The notes under the pieces: generated by a model
What the model was told of the DNA's origin: nothing
Databases searched by the model: none
The model's input: the letters and a program-made list of their open reading frames with translations, nothing else
Made by a program: the position numbers and the translations under genes
Part shown: positions 24,900 to 44,614 of the stretch, in pieces
How positions within the stretch are numbered: position 1 is the stretch's first letter
How the letters are laid out: every line of letters begins with the position of its first letter
Assembly: GCA_051294375.1 (NCBI GenBank)
Contig: CM119269.1
Coordinates: 12,928,790-12,992,789, forward strand
Direction: 5' to 3'
DNA: 64,000 nucleotides
Origin: Paraspadella gotoi
Taxonomy: Eukaryota > Animalia > Chaetognatha

Positions 24900-26450
24900 T
24901 CATACACATATTGCCCCAATGACCAGATCCTTTTCCTTCCGGTTTGGTGGGGAAGCGATGCGCCGATATAAATGAAGTCAAATCAAAGCGTCAGCGGAAG
25001 GTAAGTAAAAGGTAAGTAATAATCATTTGATGTATCGTTCTGGAGCCGATGGTCGCGCTGCATTGTGCCTTTTCTGTTCGTCTGCATCTGGGAGACATCT
25101 AGAAAAACCGAGGGAGAGAAACGCAACAATCTCCCTCTCCTCGGAGAGCATCTTACTTAATAAACAAAAGGCTAACGGGTATTATGAGGGAAGAAAAAGG
25201 TCTTGTTTTGTTAAGTTAATAAAGTTTAAAATATTAAAATGCTAACGATTAAACTAATTATTGAATTTTGCCGTTTTGAAAATATCGTTTACATTTAGGT
25301 CCCAGCAAAGCAGGCACTCTCTGTCTCTCTCTTCTCCTTCACCGACTGTCCCTATAAGGCCGGTTGTTTTCTGTCGTCGCCATTAACCACGGAATCACAA
25401 TCAACTGACCGTTCACGTTTCTTGGCGTCTTCGCTTTTCAACTTTTCTTCTCTTTTCATATTCATTTTCAACATATTTTTTTTTGTCTCTCTATTATTTA
25501 TTCATCAACGTTTCATTTCGGTCTCACTTTAAAATATAAACGCCAGATATAAGAATATACGGTACGATATGTTTAAAATAGTTTCTAAATTTTATATGGC
25601 AAAAACGAGTTAAATTTATTTTTTTCTTTTTTTGAGCCACTGCAATTTATTTTTTATTTGTGCCACAAATAAAAAATTGTGGGTGTTTTAAAAGTTGAAT
25701 TAATCTTATAATTAATATATTTTTATATTTTTTCAACGTTCAATGACCTCTCTTTTAAGAGTTAAGGAGGCCTTAAACCACCAAAGCCTTTCTAAAGTCA
25801 GGGGCAAGATAGCTTATTTATAAAATGAATGGATAATTTTTATATTGGTTGTACCAATTTCATAAAAAATTCTCCATGATTCTGATATATTATAAATATT
25901 GTAATGAACTGAACAATTATGATTATTAAACCTATAAGATAAATTGAGGTAGAATATATTTATTTAAATTTTTACCTAATAAATATAAATTTTTATCATT
26001 ACTATGTCCTTTTTTTCATACATTGGTGTTGTTAAAGAGGAAACAGCGCCGCCTTGCGGATTCGAGTTTAAAACTATCGAGTTGATTCGTCTTTGTCTAA
26101 ACAAAGCTGCGACTGCGCATTGGCTCCGTCGTTTCTGGCCGGACACACAACTCGCCTTTCCTCCATTTTGGAAGCGGACCGCCGATGCTTCGTGAGTGGC
26201 GTGACTTTTTCTTGGCTTCTAATTCCATTTTTTTCGGCGAATTCAGACCGAAACTTGAACATCTATCGATTTTGACACTTAATTTGGGGTCGATTTTTCG
26301 TCTGAGATCGCTCCATGCCTATTTTTAACGTACACAGTAATCAGTGTCCGTTGCTTTAACAGATCGCGTGGTCGCAGTTGACAAATTGCTCGGGCTGCCA
26401 TCAAAGGATGTACTGTTTCTTGTCTTTATAAGTACAACAATTTTTTCGTT
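24900..26450. promoter_or_regulatory. Divergent promoter region between macoilin (-) and Argonaute (+)
   Basis: Head-to-head geometry; CpG-richer patches at ~24930-25400 and ~26040-26400; ETS-like CTTCCGG at ~24936, TGCGCA plus ATTGG at ~26114-26123, YY1-like CCATTTT at ~26163. Start sites cannot be placed. Confidence 0.5.
25749..25864 (-). repeat. ~115-bp interspersed repeat, inverted copy
   Basis: Reverse complement of 26806-26920 and 56960-57081. Confidence 0.8.
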
Positions 26451-26805
26451 TAATTTTACTTATTTTGACGAGATTGTCTTAATATTCATTTCATTTCGAA
26501 AAAAATCGTAAGCTGTATTAATTTTGCTCTTTTTGATATTTTACGCGTTCATTTGGATCTAAACATTTTGTTATTGATACTATTTTTCAGCATGTTCTGT
26601 GAATGCCCCTAGAAACTAGCCTTCCGTTCGTGACTGTCGTTTTGTGGAGCCATGTTCAACCATCCCGTCACCCGTCATCTTTGTCTTCTCGCCGTTTCCC
26701 AATCTCGTCAGGCTTGAAGGAAACACAACAGCTCGGTCTTAAGGCGTTTTGGATGGAACGCGAATCTCTCTTCTTGAGGCAAGCCGATGAAGTTAAAAAA
26801 TATAT

Positions 26806-26920
26806 TATGAAATTGGTACAACCAATATAAAAATTATCCATTCATTTAATAAATACGTTATCTTGCCCCTGACTTTGGACAGGCTTTGGTGGTTTAAGGC
26901 CTCCATCACTCTTACAAGAT
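26806..26920 (+). repeat. ~115-bp interspersed repeat
   Basis: TATGAAATTGGTACAACCAATATAAAAATTATCCATTCATT...GCCCCTGACTTTGGACAGGCTTTGGTGGTTTAAGGCC...CTTACAAGAT; further copies at 56960-57081, partial at ~47080-47130 and ~60458-60510, diverged at ~40545-40660. Confidence 0.8.
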
Positions 26921-27628
26921 AATGTCAATCCGAATCCCGAAATAATGACCATTTATTTATTTTCTAGCCATTGGCTGCTCCCCTCCAGCGCGAAATCCTC
27001 AGAGCGCGGGAGTCTTGACGATCAAGCGGAGCTACATTAAACCTCGTCTCACGCTCTCTACATTCCATTTCCTCAATGTATCCATCCAAATGACCTCCCC
27101 TCAACCTAGGCTCTGAATTCTCTATAGGCAAAATCCTATCGAGGCGGGAAACCAAACCCCCTCGTCTCTCCTCCGTTACGATCTTATCAACTGTCGCAAT
27201 CACCCACAAACAGCAATAGCTCTATTTTACGCAAAGATGTACCACTCCAAAATCTAAGTAATAATTGACAAGAAAAATTGCTCAGTACTGAATGAGACAA
27301 CTACCGACGGATATTATTAATAAGTCACAACGTCGAATGCAACTTTTACGCTCCACGTATTATCCTCTTTCACTGAAAACCCTAAAACGGTCACTGCCAT
27401 ATCTTACCTGACGCATACTTCAGTAAATTACCAACAATCAAAAAAATAAGTCTCTTCTCCTTACTCCTAAGGAATAATCGTCCATAATACCAGCATCCAG
27501 CATGTTAGATCCCACGGGTAAGAAAATACAATGAAAATAAAATAAAGTTCTATGCAGTATGTACTAAAATTTTCACTTTTCTTTTATTTTTATAAAGCAA
27601 AGAAATTTTTTTTCCGCTACTCTCTCAG

Positions 27629-35197
<7,569 letters not shown>

Positions 35198-38100
35198 ATC
35201 TCCCCCTCACACACCCTCCCCCCCCCCTATAAACTACTTGGCCCCAAATATCTCGACTTCACTTTTTTTTTTCCAACTTGCCCCACACCGTTTGGTGTTG
35301 GGCTGAGGGTTTGGCGCCATAATCATAACATCTTCACTACCCCAGGTGAGGGAATAATAAATGTAATATTAAATATTAATATTTCATCGGTTTAAAGCCT
35401 AAAGATTTGATTTGCTTTCTTCTCAGGCAGCGACGACAATTCCGTCATCCGTTGCTGTTCTCCGATCATCATTACTAGTTCAAAAACAAAAACAATAAAC
35501 AAAAACGAAACATACCCCCAAGAACCGTGAGGTTAAAAGGGAAAATCGAAAAATTCGCGAAATGTTCTTCCAAAACGACACATCAAAGTTACGTTTCGTA
35601 CTCATCGTTCCTATTATTTTCTCTCTCTTTCTCTCTTTTCTCTCTCTCTTTCCTCTCTCTTTCCCTCCTGTCTTTGTTGCTTTTCACCTTTTTCTACCTA
35701 CGCCATTTTGTTTGAGTGATAAAGGAATCGGTTATTCTTCTTCCAAGCCAAATCCGTAAAATGCCGAAAATGATCATCGACGATTCCACCTGTCCCCCCC
35801 CCTCCCCCCATCCCTCCCCCCTTTCGTCGCAAAAGACGAATCAGGGTCGCGTAACTTAAAAGTTATCCGCCCTTGCGTGTTTTTTTATTATAAATAAACT
35901 CCGATGACGGGTGACTCGGAAAAATAAAAAAAAATAAAACGACTCAATTCAATTTATAAATTAATTAATAAATCGTCGACCCGAAAGGCTCCAGTATTTT
36001 CCCCTGTCCCTTAATCCGGATCCAACCCGAGTTCTCAGTTGTTTTTTTCCTTTCATCATGTGATCTTTGCCAACGAATTTTGCTTCTATTTAACTATATT
36101 AATGTAGTACTTGCGATTTTTTTTTTTTTTTAAATTTTGTATAAAAAAAAAATTTTAATTTTTCGATTTGGGGGGAAAAAAAGCGATGGAGTAAGACTTT
36201 TAAATTATTACTTTAATGATAAATCTAAAACAATCAATTTTTAAAATATTGTTAATTGTTATATAACCCCGTATTCCTTTAGGTCGCGTTTTTCTGTTGT
36301 AGCCGCGGAATTGAATGACAAGCATCCTGTATTTGTCGATACGGGATTGACTCGGTTTTGTACCTTAGATTCTTCAATCCTCATTCCACTCGAATCTTTT
36401 AGTTTTCCAATCAATGTGATACAAAAAAATTATAAAGGAAATACCGTGTACTCGCCAAAATCTAGAATTTTTTTCTCCGTTTTCCAACAAACGGAGCTGA
36501 AATATTTTCTCTTTGACGGAAAAATAATTAACTCTATTATGAACGAGTACGACTTTTACGGTAATCGTAATGTGTCAAAATTAAAATGGCCATGTTAAAT
36601 CATTAGGAATATATGTTAAATTTTTTTTAATTCGGACTCTATAATCGATAAAAAAATTTATTTTGAATCGCTGACGCTTTATCGTTAACCTTTGAATAGT
36701 TAGTTCTACCTCGTTGGTGTAGTATTTTGTAATTTTTTTTAGTTGTAGTTCAAATTTTAATTAGGTTTAACGAAAAAAAGCGTAATTCGAAGTGTTATTT
36801 TTTTAAACAGGGCATAAAAAAAATTGCAACGCTGGTGAGGTGCCCCTTTATTTGTTATAACGAACCCCACTAGGTAAAGGGTATTTTAACCCGAGGGCTA
36901 AGTCAATCGTTAGTTTTTGAACCGATTATATTTTAAATTCTGTTTTAAATTCTATAAACTAATGTAACTTTATTTGATTAATGTTAACTATTCTTTGACA
37001 ATAATTATGATCATCTTGAAATGAGATTGACAAAATAAAAACAATGCAATAATTTTATGGCGGTGTAAGATTTTGTACGAAAAAGGTTTTTTAACTCTTT
37101 AAATAGAAGAAAAAGTTAATTTCAGTGCATTTAAATGTTATATCCTTTAAAAAAAAAAACGTTGACCGTAGAAACGGCTTATGGAAGTAATCTTTTGCTC
37201 CTTTACACTTTTATAATATTATCGGACGTTTCTTTTCAGACTGACTAAGGTCACAAATAAATTTTTTATAATATTTTATCTCTTGGCTTGAATTTTTTTT
37301 TATTTAACTGTAGATTTCCCATGCTATGGTTTAAAGATTACGAACCAAGTCTGTTTCTTCATGAAGGTCTTTTTTCCTCCAAATAATTCGATGTTAATGA
37401 ACCAAAAACTTGCTAATTTTTTATCTATACTTAAGACTGAAATGCTTTTGTGGATTGTTTAGTAATTGTATTCTTGGTAAAAGGAGTAATGCAAAATTGA
37501 CTAATTTGTAAAAGAAAATGTGTCATTTTACTACGAAAAATTTGAGAATTATTTTTAGATATAACATTTAATTCTGTACATTTTTATTCGAAGGAGCTTG
37601 ACTTCATCATTAAGAATGTCGTGCAGTTTATTATCTAAAGATCTTAGTCGCTTAGTTTTTAAATATTGAGCGTACCAGAGGATTTGTTTTCTTGTCCTTG
37701 TTAAAAATGTTTGTTTGCACTCTGTAACAGTTACGATAATTTATAATACCCTGTTTAGTGAATTGTAAAGCCTTTACAGATGTTAAATGATTTCGCATTT
37801 TACAGATATGTCTGTAAATTTTTTTAAAAATTTATTCATTAGAGAATTAATTCAAATCAGACGCATATATTCGTTTATTTGAAAAAAGAGGAAATTGCTT
37901 TAGCATAGAGAAACTTTCATGTTCATCATTACACTTAATCCTTGCACATTAAGTACATAGTCTTTATTTCCTTCTTTATATCGGACAGTTAAGAATGAAA
38001 TTCCAAGAGCTAGAAATATTTTGTGATTATTTCTCTTGTCTATTTAATGGCCAAATTTGATTGCGTAAGTTACAAATGTCACGAGCAAAGCGCGTTAGCA

Positions 38101-38327
38101 GCCTCCCACTCTATGAATATGATCCAAAGAAATTTTCCGTTAAATCTAATTCTATCCTTTTTTTCGCGATGTCTCCATCAAATTCTAATTCAAGAATTCG
38201 ATTCGGACCATAGTCTTTGATTAATTTAGGATAATATTGGAAGAGGGTGGGTTAGTTGAAAGTTTAGAATAAATTTGTCAAGTTAAAAGCCTGACAATTA
38301 AACTCCTTTAAACAATCATCCAACAAG

Positions 38328-39528
38328 ATGGAAAACGAGGGACAAAGCCAAAGGTAACGTCTATGAAAAAGTTTCAACCGTCACGGACCGTGTGAACGGT
38401 TGCGACGTTTGTTCGAGCTATTAATGACTGCAACAATATTCACCAGTTTTGATGTCTCGGTATCTGGATACTCTTTTGATCAAAACGAGAGGTCTGTGGC
38501 CGACACCGGGCGAAGCACCGCCGCTTCGGTCTCGGCCCGACTCGGCGCCATCTTTGCCCGAATGTCGGTCAGCGTCGCGGCGGCGGAGAGAATGAAGAAA
38601 GCCGAGAACATGGACGTAAGAGAATCGAAGACATGATTCACGGAATGTCACGATAGGCGTTGGTGGGTTTTTTCACGGAATAGGGCGACTTGTTGGACGA
38701 GATTCACGCGCGAGACTCGAGGATCGTGAGAGGAATGAGCATGGCCATGAAGATGGACGACACAGACGCCTTGAAAGATTTGACGAGACGTTCCAAGGAA
38801 TACGGTGAGTAGAGCGTTGAAAAATAACAAAATATAACAAATCAAGTGAGGTACATAGCTATTTTAGTGTAATGTAGTCTGTAGAATTCGATGGTGATGA
38901 CCATTTTTTTTGTATAATTTTATCTTTCTTATCGGAAATGACGGTTTTTAATGTATATAAAATTGTTATAAAAAAGCAAAACCATTATAAGTTATGATAA
39001 ATCAAATTATTAAAATTTTATAAAATTTATATGAGCTTTTGAAATATAAAAATAAAGACTTATAAAAATATTTTGGTAAGTTTATTTTTAAATTTTATGT
39101 TTTATAAAAGTTAGTTAACTATATTTATTAATAATTATGAGTAAAAATTAGGTTAAAGTTAAAGAATAATAATTTCAAAATTTTTTTAATGGATTTGCAT
39201 TCTTTGCTAAAAGTTGATATAAGAAAATATAATTTTTATATCAAAATTATATCATTAAGTTGGTCAAAATTCAGAAAACTATAATTTTAAGCCAAAAATT
39301 GAAACTAAAGACAAAGTCTTGATACAGCAACGATTTTATTTTATTGTACAGACAAGTTTCGGCTTTCATTCAAGCCTTCATCAGTGCTTTGACAATTCAC
39401 AATTTTCATGTTTTCCAAATTAACTTTGGAAGAGAGAGAGAGAGAGAGAAAGAGAAATAGAGAGAGAAGAAATGGCCAACAAAGATATGAGACAGGACAG
39501 TGGTGAAATGTGAAGGACAGGTTTAAGT

Positions 39529-39559
<31 letters not shown>

Positions 39560-42500
39560 ATGTGAGGGAAAAGAAATTAAATTTGTGAGTGAGGGAGAGA
39601 GAGACAGAGAAGCAGAGGTTAACATTTGGTAAGAAAAGTTACATTAGAAAATGTACAACAATGGTAAATTTAATAAATAAGTAGACAGACTTAAACAAAC
39701 TAAAATATTTAAATTAATTCAGATAAATTAATTAATAAAGGAGTGAAGTTTAGATGAAATTGAAATAAAGATGTTGAGGGATAGGTAAGTGAAAGAGTAA
39801 GAGAAAAATAAGAAAAAGAAAAAGCTCAAAATAAAATCGTTGCTGTATCAAGACTTTGTCTTTAGTTTCAATTATCTAAAACACAACGAAAGAAAGTTTA
39901 ATCACAAAGCCAAAAATTGAAAAATTAAACAAAAATAATAGTTTTTAATATTTTTAACCTACTTAATGAAAGAATTTTTTTAAATGGATTATACTTTCTT
40001 ATATCAACTTTTGTAAGGAATTCAAATCCGGTTTTAAAATTTAATTTTTTTAATTTTTTTACTTTAATTTATTTTTATTATTATTTATTAATAAATATAG
40101 CTAACAAACTATTAATAAAATATAAAATTTGTAAATAAACTTACCAAAATATTTATATGGGTCTTTATTTTCATATTATGTAAGTTAAATATAGCTTTTA
40201 TAAAATCTTAATAATTTGAGTTTCTTATACTCTACAATGTTTGTTCCATTTTAATAGCATCTTATATGCTGCAAAAATCGCCATTTCCGACAAAGAAGAT
40301 GAGACTATACAAAAAAATGGTTATCATCATCGAATTCTGCAGACTTTATTACACTAAAATAGCTATGTACCTCACTTGATTTGTTATATTTCGTTATTTT
40401 TCAACGCCCTAACGGTGAGGCTTGACGCGGAGGTTGGAATCGACTAAACAGAGATGTGAATAAATTCTAACTTTATTCTCAGTTGTTTTATTAAATATGA
40501 AATATGGGTACTGGGTAGTCGTTAGTGCTAATCTGTTATGTAATTATAACCAGTATAAAAATTATTCATCCATTCATCCTTAAGCAATAAGCAAGTTATT
40601 TTGCCCTTAACTTATGACAGTCTATGGTGGTTAAGCCTTAAGGCCTTTGTCCGTCTTACAACATCATACATAACAAGACCCAGCAAGCTTTCAATTACGT
40701 CTAAGTCTAGTCTAAGTCTTAGTCTAGTTGACTCGCAGAGTGCTTAGCCCTATTTTATCATAGATGAGATTATTCTCGTATCTATCTTCTGTGTAAGGAA
40801 TCGTTTCGTCGGGCGACATGAACATGGTGGAAGATGCGGAGGTACACATCCTCGAGAAACTGCAGGCTCGAATCGACGCGGCTGAGGCCGAGTTCGATCA
40901 TATGGACTTTCTGTCGCAGAAGAGCCTCGTCAAGCTGCTCAACGATCCTGGTGAGAGAAAAGGAGCTCCGTCGACAGAAACGCCTTTTGTTTTCCAAACA
41001 CCGACTTGGTTATTGGTTAATCGATCGAGCGCTGTAGAATGTAGATGTTTTTGTATACTTTATTTTTTAACAACGGAACGAACGAATCACAACACATTCG
41101 GTTTTCTAACTCTGTAGAGATCCCAAGTTCCTCGACGAGAAAACTTCGCTCTTTCGCCGAACGACGGAAGATGACGATGGACGAGGTGGATCGCGGCTTT
41201 CGTCGTCACCTTCACGACAAAAACGTCAAGGTCTGATTAAGCCTTCTTGGGACTTTTTCGAATTACTAATCTGAACTTGAACCTCGAGTTGTTGACCCCC
41301 TGACATTTGTATATCATAAATTTAGCGTTGTTTCACTTTACTAGGAACTTGAAGAATTATGGAGAGAAGCCGTGAGCGCGGATCTTACAGCCGACGATTT
41401 GCCAGAGTTGTTGGAAACTGAAACCTTGATAATAAGTGAGAAGCTGCTGCGAAGATGTTATGATCTTGAAAAGAAGTCTCAGACGTATTTTTTAAAACCA
41501 GACTTGAAAATATTCCGTTTTGAAAATAGCTAATCAAATGTTTACATTTATTTTTAGAGGAAAAACTCAAAATCATCAATGAGATTGAGTTAGATAACTC
41601 ATCCTCGGTTCTTAGCCTACACAAAGGTGAAAAGCCACGGATTAGTCTATGATTTAGTTATTATACTACGCTAGATGCCTGGCTCTTTTTTTCATTGAAA
41701 TCCCCTTAGCCTGGCAAAAAGTGGATCTGACTCCTCACAGTCAGAGGGCCTTGCGATCTGTCCTGACGGAAATGGCGGACTCGTCCAATCGGATCGAAGT
41801 CCTTAAATCCTGCGAAGAAGGAATCAAGAAGCAAAGGGGTTTCGATCTCAGGTTTCGAAGTCTTACATCGCGGAATCCGATTGCTTCCTTTTTATCATTT
41901 TCTCTTTCGTTCATTTTTTCTCCTTTCTTTTTTTTCTTTGTTTCATTTCATGAAATCGTCGCCATTCTTCAGGTGTCAAATGCGAAAGGCAGTTTTGAGC
42001 GAAGACCCTTACTCGATCTTGGACGTGCTCCCGGATGTTTGCCTCAATCCGGATGTAATGCCCCACGACGACCTCGAGGATTTCTACTCAGAAATCATCA
42101 ATATCAATTGTGACAATTGGAAGAGGAGCCAGACTTTGATAGCCAGAGGCATCCTCCTTTTCTTTTTCTTTATTTTTTTATTTGTTGTCTTTCTATACTA
42201 AACTTTTGAATACTAAATTAAATTTAATTTTTTCACGTTTTTTTTTTTTTTCAGAATGGCCGATTGCAAGAATTAACGTCAACAATAATCACAAGTTGTT
42301 TGCCGATCCGTCCCTCAATGTAAATCGTAATAAAGGTATTGTCTGATCTGTGGGCTTATTCAGCATTTAGTATGCAATTCATGATTCTTACTCAACACGG
42401 TTCTTTTTATAGGAGGAAAAAGAAAATGGAAATTATACCCCTCTCTGGAATGATAAAAACCTGAAAGGTTGCTGTCTGGACAAGAGCTTAGGCTAAGTCG

Positions 42501-44233
42501 AAAAATTTGTCCAAACTCAGTTTTTTTTTAAATTGCAGTTGAAGTGGTAAGTTAATTTTTGAGAAAAATTGATAACTTTTGTACTAATTTTGCAAAATAT
42601 AGACTCAATTCAAACATCTATATGTCAAACGATATCAGTAAACCGAGAGCTTTAATTTAAGACCACTCCCAACTTTCTCCGACTTTTGGTTAAAAAAGTT
42701 ATCAATCAAAATATATTATTTTTTCTTTAAAAAAGTAATGGAATGGTGAGTATTATTGATAATATAATAAGACTTTATCTAAAAAATTGAGGATACCAAC
42801 GAGTTCTATAGACAGTCTTCTTTCAATTAATTCATAAATAAAATTTTTCTTCAAGCTTAAATATAGGTACATCATCCCCCCAAAAATTAAAAAAAATATA
42901 AATTAAATTTTTAAATAATTACCATAATGATTTTATATAATTTAACTTAATATATATGGACTAGAAAATATAGGATGTGACCTTCATTTTGAGCCTATTG
43001 CCAACTCTTTACGATAAATATTTATTAGGGTACTACCAAAAAAAGCCCTAAAAATCTTTAAAAAATGTAATTTTTAATTTATTTAAGTCATATCTCAGTG
43101 CATATATAACTTATTTTAAGTCAAATGATTTTATTCAGCAGATTAAAGTATAAGGCACATATTAAATACCATTAGTTGTATTATTTTATCATAAGTTAAT
43201 CAGGACACTTAATTTTCAGCCAATTTTTACCAAATTTACATATACTTTTGGTTTTTACAGCAACAAAGTACTAAAACAGGTAATAAAAATTGATGATAAA
43301 ATCTGTAAGCCAAAAGACTTTAGAATGTGTTATATAGGTTTAAAAATTTTTCTCATAAAGATTTAATGATATAAGGACAATAAAAAAAAAAAAAATTATA
43401 TATATAAATTAAAGATTGAAGAAAAATAATGATATTACAGTTAGTTTCGACTTAGCCTAAGCTCTTGTCCAGACAGCAACCTTTCAGGTTTTTATCATTC
43501 CAGAGATGGTATATTTCCATTTTCTTTTTCCTCCTATAAAAAGAACCGTGTCAATTCATTATTTATAGATTATGAAAATGTTATTTTAGGAAAACGTCGG
43601 CGTTACCCTGGAGCAGGGATGGTGTACGAGGAAGCAGAAGACGATATATGGTTTCCTCACGGTTTGAAAATATCAAATATTGATTGATTGACTCATTGTA
43701 AAGTTGATTTTTTGTTTTCATTTTTTGCAGAGAAACGCAAAGGTCGCAATTCCTGCGCTCTCGGCGGTAAAATAGAAAATCAAAACTTGAAACTATTTTT
43801 TTTAAACAAAAGATAAATATATTTTTCTTACGCTTTATTTGATGCAGGTAATGTAAACCGGAAAGCGGGGGGTCAGAAGTCATGCGCAGGTCGTGCTCTA
43901 CCATGTAAGAAGAAAATAAGTCGAAGTTTTAGTTTAAATAAATCTTTTTAATTTGAATTAAATTGTTTTTTGTGCAGATAACGCGGTCGGGCTAATTTAC
44001 GACATCGGAGACTACGATGAAGATGAAGACGATGACGAGTGGTTAAAAAACTAATTAATTTAGAAGATATTGAATGAGTATTTAGTTATCTTTGTAATTT
44101 AGTAATTATTTTGAAAAAAAAATATTTTAAAGGGAAGATACACGAATGGCGCCGCGGGAAAGAGCACCTGCTCAAACGCAGCAAAGGCAATTTGCTTAAT
44201 TTGAAATTTGAAATTTTTTTCATTGTCAAATTA

Positions 44234-44276
<43 letters not shown>

Positions 44277-44568
44277 CGCGCGCTAATAAGTAAGTGAAAC
44301 GAAATGTAGTGTTTGAATTATTGAAATCATATTGAAGATGAACTAACAGGTCTGTGGTTACCGCTGCAGCGGCTCCACCTGTCCAAACATCTATAGTAGA
44401 AGAATCTGCAAAGCCCTCATCTATGAAAAGGTCTGTGGCACATATTGGAAAGTGTGCATTCTATAGCGTTTTCTGATAACGCTAATATGATAATATTTTA
44501 AATTGAATCGCTCTCTCTCTCTCTCTCTCTCTGGCTCTCTCTCTCTCCTGCTCTCTCTCTTCTCTGCT

Positions 44569-44614
<46 letters not shown>

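Noticed and set aside
26964-27209. 81-aa minus-strand ORF in Argonaute intron 1
   Set aside because: Non-ATG start and no recognisable motif; possibly a decayed retroelement, but unsupported.
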